A stretch of 64,000 nucleotides of DNA, taken from assembly GCA_051362555.1 (NCBI GenBank), contig CM120644.1, positions 14,964,534 through 15,028,533 on the forward strand. Reading direction: 5' to 3'. The position numbers were made by a program, and so were the translations under genes. Source of the stretch: Lingula anatina. Taxonomy: Eukaryota; Animalia; Brachiopoda. Below the pieces are notes generated by a model that made no database searches, was not told the origin of the DNA, and saw only the letters and a program-made list of their open reading frames with translations. This document shows, in pieces, positions 14,401 to 25,309 of this stretch (positions within the stretch are counted from its first letter, which is position 1; each line of letters begins with the position of its first letter).

Positions 14401-16225
14401 AAACGATTCTGGCTTCTCAGAATCGTTTTTGAAAAACGACACTAGTTTCTGGATGCCAGAATCGTTTTTCGAAAAACTACACTAGTTTCTGGATGCCAGA
14501 ATCGTTTTTGAAAAACGACACTAGTTTCTGGTTGCCAGAATCGTTTTTGAAAAACGACACTAGTTTCTGGTTGCAAGAATCGTTTTTGAAAAACGAAACT
14601 AGTTTCTGGTTGCCAGGTTCGTTTTTGAAAAACGACACTAGTTTCTGGTTGGCAGGTTCGTTTTTGAAAAACGACACTAGTTTCTGGTTGCCAGGTTCGT
14701 TTTTGAAAAACGAAACTGGAAACTAGAAACTAGACACTAACTTCAGCGCTCTAATATGGCAACAATCTTACTCTGGGTTTTGGATTGCAACTTAAAGATG
14801 CATACAAAGTCAATTTTTTTGTCACAAAAACCAACCAAAAGCCACCATATAGTTTCAAGTAGTATAACTAAGAGAATTACCAAAAGGCATTGTTTAATTT
14901 TACCCGAAAATGATGTTTGAACAGATTTTTCTGCTGGCATTCTAAGCTGTATGTCAATGGGGCAGGAAAGTAGGTCACGGAAGTAGGTTAAATTTAAAAC
15001 CAAAAATTTAAAGAAAGGAGCAGTATAAAGGTCTTTTATGGCTGATCGAGTGATCTATTCAGTTTATCCCTTGGCATGTCGAATTTATTTGAGTCATATA
15101 AGAATCTAGTAGAAGTGGTTTACATGTGTTACTGGGAATCCACGCTCCAACGATGCTCGGTTCGTATGTACCTTTAAGTATCTCATCGGAGAGTGTCATC
15201 ATTGGGCTAACTCACCTCTTTCCATTATACAATGATGTTTTCCTAATTCGACAGTTGTAATCCCATGACCTTGCATCAATCTAATATTTTAACAAAAAAA
15301 TCCCAAAGAATTTTCAGAAAATCACTCAACTGCTTTACATAACACCAAGAGGTTTAATCGAAAGACAAGCGCAAACACGTTTATTATGTTTTCTTTAACC
15401 AAAATTAAAAAACAACAACCTTACTTTAAAGGTCTTATTCCTATTTAAAGAAATAATTTTCTACCGATTAGTTCTGAGAAGGCTTACCTTTACAGTCTTT
15501 TGGCCTCTGATAAGAGACAAAGCTGCCCATGTGACTGTGACCTATGTCCTTCACATCAGATTTTAGCCAGCATGCCGTCCAAATTGCATGGTAGGTCATG
15601 GCGCGGCATCTGGCGTCCTTTTCGCATTCCATCCTGCACTTGCGCTCATTCCCATTCATATAAAGATCATATGAATCGCCATTTAAAACTACCCCAGCAT
15701 GTTTTATGAGCCGACAATCCTCTGGAAAATTAACAAAGTGTAATTGTAAAAGTGTAAAAAACTGGGTATGTTATACATTGTAGGACATATCATGGAAGTA
15801 CATGGTATGGAATCGAAATGCCTGGAGGCCTATTGTCCGATGTGCGTTAAGGGGTGCGACAAGAGCTACGCCTAAGCGACGGGGGAGGGGGGATTCCTGT
15901 GCAAATCAAAAGGGTAGTCCGTTGACATACATGTATCAGAAAACACGTCCTAGAATTCTCAAGGAGCTGTCTGTAAGATCACCTAACGGTCTCATGCAAA
16001 GAGCTCAAAAACTATTTTCCAGTTCGAGACCCACCATCAAATGTTTCAAAAGCCGAAAGCAATGCATATTTAAGAGAGTTTTCATTCTTTTAAATATACA
16101 CATTTTTGTAACATTCATTAACATCTGAGTTACTTCGAATCTACATGCCAGCTAACGCACTTACGTCCATACACAGAGATGGTTCTAAGCCCAAGACTCA
16201 GTAGAATTGTCAGCGCTACAGTCAT
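11403..16225 (-). CDS. Secreted PAN/Apple domain + M15/DD-peptidase-like zinc peptidase, copy A (about 231 aa)
   Basis: Exons 16225-16165 (signal peptide MTVALTILLSLGLRTISVYG, Kozak GCCACCATG), 15721-15488 (PAN: C..CRMECEKDARCRAMTY..CWLK..C), 12186-12053 (..VRVHSGLREGNDKY) and 11669-11403 (HAIGQAADI...THLHI). All introns are GT-AG and in frame. Confidence 0.88.
12230..14752. mobile_element. Foldback-type (Mutator/MULE-like) non-autonomous DNA transposon, about 2.5 kb
   Basis: TIR AGAGCGCTGAAGTTAGTGTCTAGTTT / AAACTAGACACTAACTTCAGCGCTCT. 9-bp TSD AATATGGCA at 12221-12229 and 14753-14761. Arms are built of ~36-bp tandem units. Empty site in the paralog at about 22055. Confidence 0.9.
14796..15173. 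mobile_element. Non-autonomous TTAA-target DNA transposon (Kolobok-like termini)
   Basis: TTAA-AGATGCATAC ... GTATGTACCT-TTAA. Absent from the paralogous introns at about 22093 and 26153. Confidence 0.75.
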
Positions 16226-16296
16226 GGTGGCGTTCGGTTCTACAGTGTCTCTTTGCTGTTTCAAACTAAAGACGCTGGTTGGTCGAACGCCTGGGG

Positions 16297-16303
16297 TTTT
16301 ATA
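16297..16303 (-). promoter_or_regulatory. TATA box of PAN-M15 copy A
   Basis: TATAAAA about 75 nt upstream of the ATG, conserved in copies B and C and at a similar distance (40458) in the diverged copy D. Confidence 0.65.
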
Positions 16304-17437
16304 TTCATTGTCGATTGATAAACAAGTCAGGCACTGGCTAATAAGTACAAACTAAGCAATTCCAGACTAACATTACGACATTTTCACAGATAAACCAGAT
16401 TAAAATAGAAGATGGTTTGAAAAACAAAGGATATTGCATTCCGCAAAATTGACATTGTCACTGTTATTCTGCTGTTAATACGTAATTTATATCTGACTCT
16501 AATCCATTTTTGCAAGTAATAGCACACGTATATCTACCATAAGTGCATATATTATATAATTTTATATATTGCGGGACGTTAACAGTAAGTGCAATGTCTT
16601 TTGCCTAGTTAACAAACAAGACTAAATAAAACCATTTATACAAAAATACGTTGCAGGGGGGTATTAAAAAAGCGAAAAAAAAAAAAAAAAAACAAAACAA
16701 AAACAAAAACAAAAACAAAACAAAACAAACGACACATGCAATGTAAGTACGGGATGAGTGCTGAATGGTCATATACCCTTTTCTATATTTTGCTTCCCAC
16801 ACCCCTAAACATATGATTAAGTACGTAATATGTACCTTAGTTTACTGGTACTTCTAAACTGACGAATATCCCTTCACAAGACAGAAACAACCCACCCGTT
16901 TATGTTCGACTTTCTTAATCAATTTATAAAATTTCGTTTTCAAGTACACCTGAATGTATTCGTGTCAGTTTTATGAATCTTTCGTCAGCTAACCATTCCC
17001 TCGAAGAGATTATTTTTAAGGACACCTGTTGGCGTCGGTCTCACGAACCCTTCCTATTTCATTAAATCTCCTCAATACAGATATGTAAATGTTACATTTA
17101 TCAGACGTGTCTGTGGGAAAAAATTGTCCAACTGTGCACCGGTATATGCACGCGCGATGAAACGCATTTGCCACTGCGACCGAGTATATGGCATACATGT
17201 TTACATTTGACAGCAACTTTTGCATATGTTATACAAGTATGAATAATACATATACCTGGTGATCATGTTAAAATCAGTCTGTTGTTGTGTCGTCTTTTTT
17301 AAAAAAATCAGGTCAACCTATTGATAACGGTTCGCTGAACAGTACAAATTATTTTTAATATTATTTTATACCAACACCAGCTAGCATCATTGTTCGATAT
17401 CAACCGCTATCTAAACGGCGGGGGTTTGGTTGAGAAA

Positions 17438-17594
17438 ATGTCCGATTTTGACGTGAAAAGCTTTACAATTCCTGGCCAACACTACCTGGATGGGGTACTC
17501 CTGGGTGGATACTCGCCTAGAGATAGTATAGAAATGCTGAAAACGTTCGACATGTTTGAGGATGACTGCGTGGTTTTAGCATATCCCAAATCAG
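17438..17594 (+). other. Orphan intact sulfotransferase exon 1 (relic or alternative first exon)
   Basis: 157-nt ATG..YPKSG exon with a G|GTAGGT donor. No exon 2 occurs before the next exon 1 at 19348. Confidence 0.85.
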
Positions 17595-18445
17595 GTAGGT
17601 GGACTAGTAAAACTGCATAAGATGTTTGTCAAAAGTATTATCAATGAAAAGATAGCTGTTTTGGTGCATTCATTCTTCGGTATTCAGATTTCTATGTAAG
17701 TATATTTAGCGAAAAAAAACTTAATTTATTAAAATGGTACGTGCTGTAATCAACTAATTCACCACGCTGCATTCCTTTTACGTAAAACTCAAATTAACCA
17801 TATGTAAAACAAAATACAGAAAAATAACATATAAAGAAACATATGTTTAATTAACCAGTGGCGGGTGAAGGGGGGCATAGAGAACGCATTCCTGTAAACC
17901 TATCGCACTAGTTGGTTGGATCCAAATCCGGGGGTAATTCTCTCTAAGGTACTTTCATTGTAATCAGTTAAGTTGGTTGACATGCGCGCACGATAGATTG
18001 TATTGACTGCATTTAAGCGAGAATCCCAAGTAGTTACATTCATTTAGCTATCAGTACAATGGCTTTATATGAATATCCGATGTCATACTTTAAAGTGCAC
18101 ACACAGTGTCCTTATCGTTTAAAATCTATTTCCACTTCAGGTCATGCTATTTCGGATGTTGCCCATCATTAACGACCAATGTCACCATTATTTTAACTTT
18201 AGGAAAAATTAAAAATATTTGAAAAATAAACAATCCCAACTTTTCTCGAGGAGGGGAGAGGGTTTCGATTTTCTTTAAATTCATCTTGGAAATTTTATCA
18301 TTTCATCTAAGAAATTCACTGGGGGGAGGGGGGTTTGAGCGACCGACTGGAACAAATACAGCTGCGAATGTCCTGACTCCGCTGGGGGCGGGGGGCGGGG
18401 GCTTGAGCGACCGACTGAAACAAATACAGCTGCAGGCGCAGGTCA

Positions 18446-18730
18446 TGAGGAATGGAATTTATTACCGCTGAAAATCCGAGCAATTCAGTTTACCAAACAT
18501 TTTAAAAAAGAATTCAAAACATACCTTTTTAGGAAATATTTTGATTAACTCTTAATTGGTTTTATAAATCTTGTATTAATTGCATTTAATTGTATGGAAT
18601 AATGGCTGTTTTACCTAGATTTTATTTATAATATTTTATGTAGTATTATTTATGATATTTTATGTAAAGTCTACTGAACATTTTAAATGGATTTTAGACT
18701 TAAAATAAATTTATTATTATTTATTATTAT
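18446..18730 (+). mobile_element. 5'-truncated L2/CR1-type LINE 3' end
   Basis: Encodes EWNLLPLKIRAIQFTKHFKKEFKTYLFRKYFD*, the WNxLP..IR..FK..KT.LF pattern of L2/CR1 ORF2 C-termini, then an AT-rich UTR and an (ATT)n tail. Absent at the paralogous site 9050/9051. Confidence 0.75.
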
Positions 18731-18790
18731 GCCGGATAGCTCAGTCAATTAATAACGCGAATGTCCTGAGTCCGCTGCCCAGTCGGGACA
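18731..18790 (+). pseudogene. Degenerate tRNA-Ile(AAT)
   Basis: GCCGGATAGCTCAGTC..TAATAACGCGAATGTCCTGAGTCCG..CCCAGTCGGGACA, with an internal deletion and a broken T arm. The 3' flank resembles that of the tRNA at 8514. Confidence 0.8.
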
Positions 18791-19347
18791 TGTCCTTTTT
18801 GTCATAATTAAAAAAAATCAGTTTGACAAATCTACGGACTTGCATGTCACCCATATTTCCTGTGATATTTTGCTTTAGATATAACCTTTTCTTGTCAGTT
18901 TCTTGAATCGTTTGTCAGTGAACAAATCAATCTGTGTACTGGATTCTCTGAAAGTTACATATGAAGCGAGTATAGATTTCAGAGTTACCGAGAAATTGCG
19001 TGCGTGCGACCGTATGTAAGTGTGTGTGTTTGTGTGTGTACATGAAAAATCGAGCGATCGATCATACGCGACTGATACGAGTACTTAAGATATATGTCGC
19101 ACTGTTCATGGATATTTTACGAATAAACTTGACATGGATAATACGTGCACCTGGAGATAAACTACGTTATATTTACACTCCTGCGGTTCATATCTCCCAT
19201 GGTACGAAAAGCAGGTCAACTTGTGGCCCTATCACTGAAAAACTCAGGGTCACTAAATGGAACTTATAAGTGAGAAACAACACCAGCTGGCGTCACTGTT
19301 AAATATTAATCAACATCTAAACAGTTGAGGCTTAATTCACTGAGAAA

Positions 19348-20670
19348 ATGTCCGATTTCGACGTGAAAACCTTTAAAATTCCCGGCCAACACTACCTGGA
19401 TGGTGTACTCCTGGGTGGATACTCGCCTCGAGAAAGTATAGAAATGGTGAAAACGTTCGACATGTTTGAAGATGACTGCGTGGTTTCAGCATATCCCAAA
19501 TCAGGTGGGTGAAGAGAAACTGCATAACCTATTTGTCAAAGCATTGCCATTGAAAATTGCACTCTTTTCTTGCATTCATGGTACAAACTTCTGAACAATA
19601 TTAAGGTTTCCATTACGACTATGTCAACATAATAGGAGTGAAGACATTTGATACATGAGAATGGCACCTGCTGTAATTGACATTTTCACCATGTATTACT
19701 AATACCTGTAGATGCACTTTTATTGAAAATTCACTTCCTAGCTACTATAGAAAAAATTAAAACATAACATACAAAAGAGCCTCTTCATAATTAACCAATG
19801 GCCTGTCCAAAGTCCGTTGGGAGGTTGGGGAGGGGCACCTGTAACAATATTTGTTTTAAACACGCCTTTGGTGCACAAAGCTATCAGTTTATCTGATATT
19901 AAATTTTATATATAGACATTTGGGTGTCTACAGGTCAGACATGGACCCTGGAGTTGGTTTACCTCATCTTACACTACGACAACTATTTTGAAAACGAAGA
20001 GACGGACAGCCTCCTACGTACACCATGGTTAGAACTGGGCAAGATTGATAACGCAAGAATACGGGAGTTGGGCGAAGTCCCGCGACCTCGTGTTTTCAAA
20101 ACACACGTGGCTGCGCACCAGCTACCTGAGCAAATGCGAGAGAAGCACTCAAAGATGATACACGTGTTAAGAAACCCTAAGGATGTCGCCGTCTCCTACT
20201 ACCATTTCTACCGTATGGATGCAAGCCTTGGCCGATTTCCAGGCACGTGGTCTCAGTTCTACGAGATGTTTATGGCGGGAAATGTATCCCATGGATCATG
20301 GTTCGATCACGTGCTTCAGTTTTGGCAGGAATATAAAGATAACAAAGACGTTTTGTTTCTCCACTACGAAGATATGGTTAAAGATCATGCTGGGGCAGTT
20401 CGTAAGATTGCCAACTTTCTTGGGAAATCTTTAAATGAGAATGTAGCTGAGGAAATAGTCAGACGTACTTCTTTTGGAAGTATGAAACAAAATCCAGCCA
20501 CCAATTTTTCAAAATATGAGGGTTTTGACTACTCAGTGTCTCACTTTTATCGCAAAGGGAAAGTGGGCGACTGGAAAAATTACTTCACCGTACAGCAAAA
20601 CGACGAATTTGATGAAGTTTACCGAGCGAAAATGGCAGACAGCGGTTTAAACGTCGACTTTGGCGAGTAA
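19348..20670 (+). CDS. Cytosolic sulfotransferase (SULT1-like), copy 3, 297 aa
   Basis: Exons 19348-19504 and 19934-20670; close paralog of copy 2, including intron and flanks. Confidence 0.95.
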
Positions 20671-21251
20671 CAAGAAGTTGTGAAATTTGATATAGAATAA
20701 GAGCTCTCATAAAGGAAATGAGAGTACATGTAAATTTACGGACCTCCTGAAGAAACATATAGATATTGACCCTTTATTGCATATGTTTGGGTCTCATGGG
20801 CATCTTCTGTTTTGAGTTTGACGAAAAGCATTACTGGCACTTGTACTATCAGCAAGAGAGAGTAACACTTAATGCGGGACCAAGTTTGATTTCAGTCTAT
20901 AATTGTATCGTTTACTGACTCAAGTTAGGACTACACGTTATTCAAATATATACGTGCCGATCTTTGTCAATAGCAATATGAATATGTGACAACATATGTC
21001 ACATTTACCCAAATCAGCAAATTTACCGGGTTTCCTGGGTGAAATTAAGGCTACGACTCTTCTAGCCACAGGCCATCAGATTAAATGCACAACTTTAACT
21101 TCCCCAGAAGCCAAAGTAAGAGGACAGACAATGACGCGCTTGCAATGCTTTATTTGTAGCGTTGAATTTCTACCAAAATAAGATAAATGGTTCATTCCGA
21201 AAATATCATTGCTCTCACGCAAAATTATACGAGTGGTTTCTTCGCTGGTGC

Positions 21252-23177
21252 CTACAAACACTTCATGTACTCGTATTTTAGACAGGTGTTGGCATGGGTT
21301 GTGCCCTCGAGAACCCAGCACGTGGGTCTGCCCGTGCTCCCTTCCTTTTCATAACGGGCAATGTGTAAGTGTACGCCCGTAGAGCAAGACCTCCGCCCTG
21401 GGGCGTGATACATGACGTAATAGTCCCCAGTGAAGACGTCACTGCTTTTGAGACGTTCCCACGCGGTTCTCGAATTGACGTCGCTTATTGTAATGTCAGC
21501 GGCTTGGCCAATGGCGTGCTGGGCGTAAAAAAATGACATTGTCAATTTTCTAAAATAATACAACAATTATTTACCTTTTATAGCCTAGAAATTGTAACAA
21601 GGGGTGTACGTTTATACCTGGACTGTGGTACCTTGCTCGAATTAAAAAAATCTTTTTGGATCATTTTTTTACTACGGGTTTTTTTTTTATCCTGCCTTAT
21701 AATCCCTCCTTAAATTCAATCACAATGGGAATTTGAACAACTGAAACAATTATTTGAGAGGCTGAAAAATTACTTGCAAACATAAACAGAACGGGAAACC
21801 TACTTGGAGCATTTACCTTTCATTTCATAATAATGTTTTCATCGCCTTTCTCAAAATGATTAAGTCAGCTTTGTTAGTCAACTCTTACTTACATACTTAT
21901 CTGTTCCTTTGCGTAAGCCGCTATTTACCCTGACATCGGCCCCCATGTAATTCGCAATCTCCTGAAGTTTGTTCGCCAGTGCTTCACTGTGCAATACGTT
22001 TGTTCCGTAAATGACTTTACCTGGACCTGTGAATACAAACTTTTTTAAAACTGAAATATGGTAACAATTTTACTCTGGGTTTTGGATTGCAAATTCAGTA
22101 TCTCACCGGAGAGTGAATTATCAATTCAAAAAAGGCATCAATGCGATAACTCACCTCTTTCCATTATATAATGACATTTTTTTTATTCGACCTTGTGATA
22201 AAGATGCAATACCATGACCTTGCATCAGTCTAATATTTTAACCAATAAATCCCGAAGATTTTTCAGAAAATCACTCAATTGCTTTACATAATGCCAAGAG
22301 GTTTAAACGAAAGACCTAAAGCGCAACACGTTTATTCCGTTTTTTTATAACCAAAATTTAAACCAAAAATTAAAAAATATATATCTTCACAGTTCTTATT
22401 TAAAATAATTTTCTACCGATTAATTCTGAGAACCTTACCTTTACAATCTTTTGGTCTCTGATAAGAGACAGAGCTGCACATGTGACTGTGACCTGTGTTC
22501 TTGACATCAGAATATAGCCAGCATGCCGTCCAAATTGCATGGTAGGTCATGGCGCGGCATCTGGCGTCCTTTTCGCATTCCATCCTGCACTTGCGCTCAC
22601 TCCCATTCAACGAAAGATCATATGAATCGCCATTCAAAAATAACGCAGGATGTTTTGTGAGCCGACAATCCTCTGGAAAATAGACAAAGTGTAATTGTAA
22701 AAGTGTAAATAACTGGGTGTGTAATACATGTCAGACATATCAATGGAAGGTCATGGTATGGAATCGAAACGCCTGGAGGCCTATTGTCCGATGTGCGTTA
22801 AGGGGTGGGACAAGAGCTACGCCTGAGCGACGGGGGAGGGGGGCATTCCTGTGCAAATCAAAAGGGTGGTCCGTTGACATACATGTATCAGAAAACACGT
22901 CCTAAAATCCTTAAGGAGCTGTCTGTAAGATCAACTAACGGTCTCATGCAAAGAGCCCAGAAACTATTTTCCAGTTCGAGACCCACCATCAAATGTTTCA
23001 AAAGCCGAAAGCAATGCATATTAAAGAGAGTTTTCATTCTTTTAAATATGCTCATTTTTGTAACATTCATTAACATCTGAGTTACTTTGTATCTATTTAC
23101 CAGACAACGCACTTACGCCCATACACAGAGATGGTTCCAAGCCCAAGAATCAGTAGAATTGTCAGCGCTAAAATCAT
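21252..23177 (-). CDS. Secreted PAN/Apple + M15-like zinc peptidase, copy B
   Basis: Exons 23177-23117, 22672-22439, 22026-21893 and 21518-21252, with the same lengths as copy A (61/234/134/267). Motifs NSGLR, HAIGQAAD and HLH are intact. Confidence 0.88.
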
Positions 23178-23637
23178 GGTGGCGTTCGGTTCTACAGTGT
23201 CTCCTTGCTGTTGCAAACTAAAGACGCTGGTTGGTCGAACGCCTGGGGTTTTATATTCATTTTTGATTAATAAACAAGTCAGGCACTGGCTAATAAGTAC
23301 AAACTAAGCAATTCCAGACTTACATTACGACATTTTCACAGATAAACCAGATTAAAATTGAAGATGGTTTGAAAAACAAAGGATATTGCATTCCGCAAAA
23401 TGGACATTGTCACTGTTATTCTGCTGTTAATACGTAATTTATATCTGAATCTAATCCATTTTTGCACGTAATAGCACACATACATCTGCCATAAGTGCAT
23501 ATATTATATAATTTTGGATATTGCGGGACCTTCACAGTTAGTACAATGCCTTTTACCTAGTTAACAAAGAAGACTAAATAAAACCATTTATACAAAAATA
23601 CGTTGCAGGGGTGTTAAAAAAAGAACAAAAAAGAACA

Positions 23638-23811
23638 AACTAGAAAAGCACTCCGAGAGCGCAGACCTCCGCCAAGGCAGCGATTTTCGATTATTATTGA
23701 TTACTGATTGATTATTTCATCAAAATCGTCCCATAACTTTTTGAGTTATGTTGATGACAAACAAACAAAATGACAAACAGGGTGAAAACATAACCTCCTT
23801 GGCGGAGGTAA
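23638..23811 (-). mobile_element. Short Helentron-associated / DINE-1-like element
   Basis: Subterminal inverted repeats CCTCCGCCAAGG / CCTTGGCGGAGG, a TTTG-like microsatellite, a 3' hairpin GCGCTCTCGGAGTGC and a CTAGTT end. Inserted in an A/T run; absent from the paralogs at about 16725 and 27735. Confidence 0.8.
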
Positions 23812-24337
23812 CAAACGACAAATGCGGTGTAAGTACTGGATGAGTGCTGAATGGTTATCCCTCCCTAAATTTTGTTTCCCACACAGATGATTAACGGCTG
23901 TTTCACAATCAGGGTGAACAATTAAATGTGGTTTATGTTACAAGTGTTTGATAAATTAACAATTTATGATTGGAGATTGCTGATAGACTATCAAAGACAC
24001 TGTCCATAGGAGCAAACTAAAAAAAGAATTATTATAATCGGAGTACAATTTACGAAAATATAGCCAATTATGTGTTCAAAAAGTACCTATTTTTAGCTGT
24101 TACGGTGGGTCATTTGCAATAAAGGTCATAAAGATGATGCACTAGCTCTTTATGTCAATGATTTATGGTGAATATGATATTGGTATATAATTCCCACAAC
24201 ATGTGTCTTCTCTTCTAGCAGGTTCTTCCGAAGATATGTTCTGGGAGAAAAAAATGTTTTACCCATTTTGCTGAAACGGGCTTTGATATACACATATTAC
24301 TTATTTTTGTTAATGCAATGAAAAACATATTTGATAA

Positions 24338-24711
24338 GGATGGTTTGATAATGTGCTTCAGTTTGGGCGGGAATTTAAAGATAACAAAGACGTTTGATTC
24401 TCCACCACAAAGACATGGTTAAGGGTCATGCTGGGGCATTTTGGAAGATTGCCAATTTTCTTCAGAAATCTTTCAATGACGATGCAGTCAAGGAAATAAT
24501 CAAACGTTTTATTTCGGAAGTATGAAGCAAAATCCAGGCACCAATTTTTCAAAACTTGAGGTGTTTGACTACACCGTTTCCCACTTCTATCGCAAAGGGA
24601 AAGTTAGCAACTGGAAATATTACTTCACCGCACAGCAAAACGACGAATTTGATTAAATCTGCCAAGAAAAAAATGGCAGAAAGCGGTCTAAACATTGACT
24701 TTGGCGATTAA
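24338..24711 (+). pseudogene. Sulfotransferase pseudogene (3' part of exon 2)
   Basis: Aligns to WFDHVLQF...YRKGKV..WK.YFT..DFG with frameshifts and stops; the 5' part is replaced by unrelated sequence. Confidence 0.9.
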
Positions 24712-25309
24712 CACAGAAAGCAAATGAGAGTACATGTGAACTTACGGACGTCCTTAACTTATATATATATATATATTATATAACAAATTGATATAATATA
24801 TATACATATAACGTTTGATTGCATATTTGACCAACTTGTGTTTTGTTTTTGACGAAAAGCTTTACTGGTACATGTATTTTATAGGAAGCAAGAGTAGCAC
24901 TTAATATAGGTTCAAGTTTTATTTCTCTCTATAATTGTGTCTTTGCTAAGTCAAGTTAGGACTACCCGTTATTCAAAAAATATACAAGCCGATCACTTGG
25001 TCTAGACCTGAAAGTTATTTTTGTCAATAGCAAAGTGAATATATGGTCAAATATATCAAGTTTATCCAGATAAGCAAATGCATCGGATTTCCTGCTAGAA
25101 ATAAGGCTGCGACTCTTCAAGCCCCAGGTCATTAGATTAAATACACAACCCAAACTTCTCCAAAAGCCAATGTAAGAAGACAGACTTTGACGCGTGTGCA
25201 ATGCTTTATTTGTAGCGTTGAATTTCTATACAAATGAGATACATGGCTCATTCCGAAAAATATCATTGCATTTATAAAATGTACGAGTGGTTTCATCGCT
25301 ACATGGTGC

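Noticed and set aside
12270-14710. ~36-bp partly palindromic repeats resembling a CRISPR array
   Set aside because: Units are head-to-tail without unique spacers, lie inside TIRs with a 9-bp TSD in a spliceosomal intron, and no cas genes are present.
12775-14726. Multiple ORFs with repeated SFLKNDTSFW-type peptides
   Set aside because: They are translations of the 36-bp repeat units; no transposase motifs.
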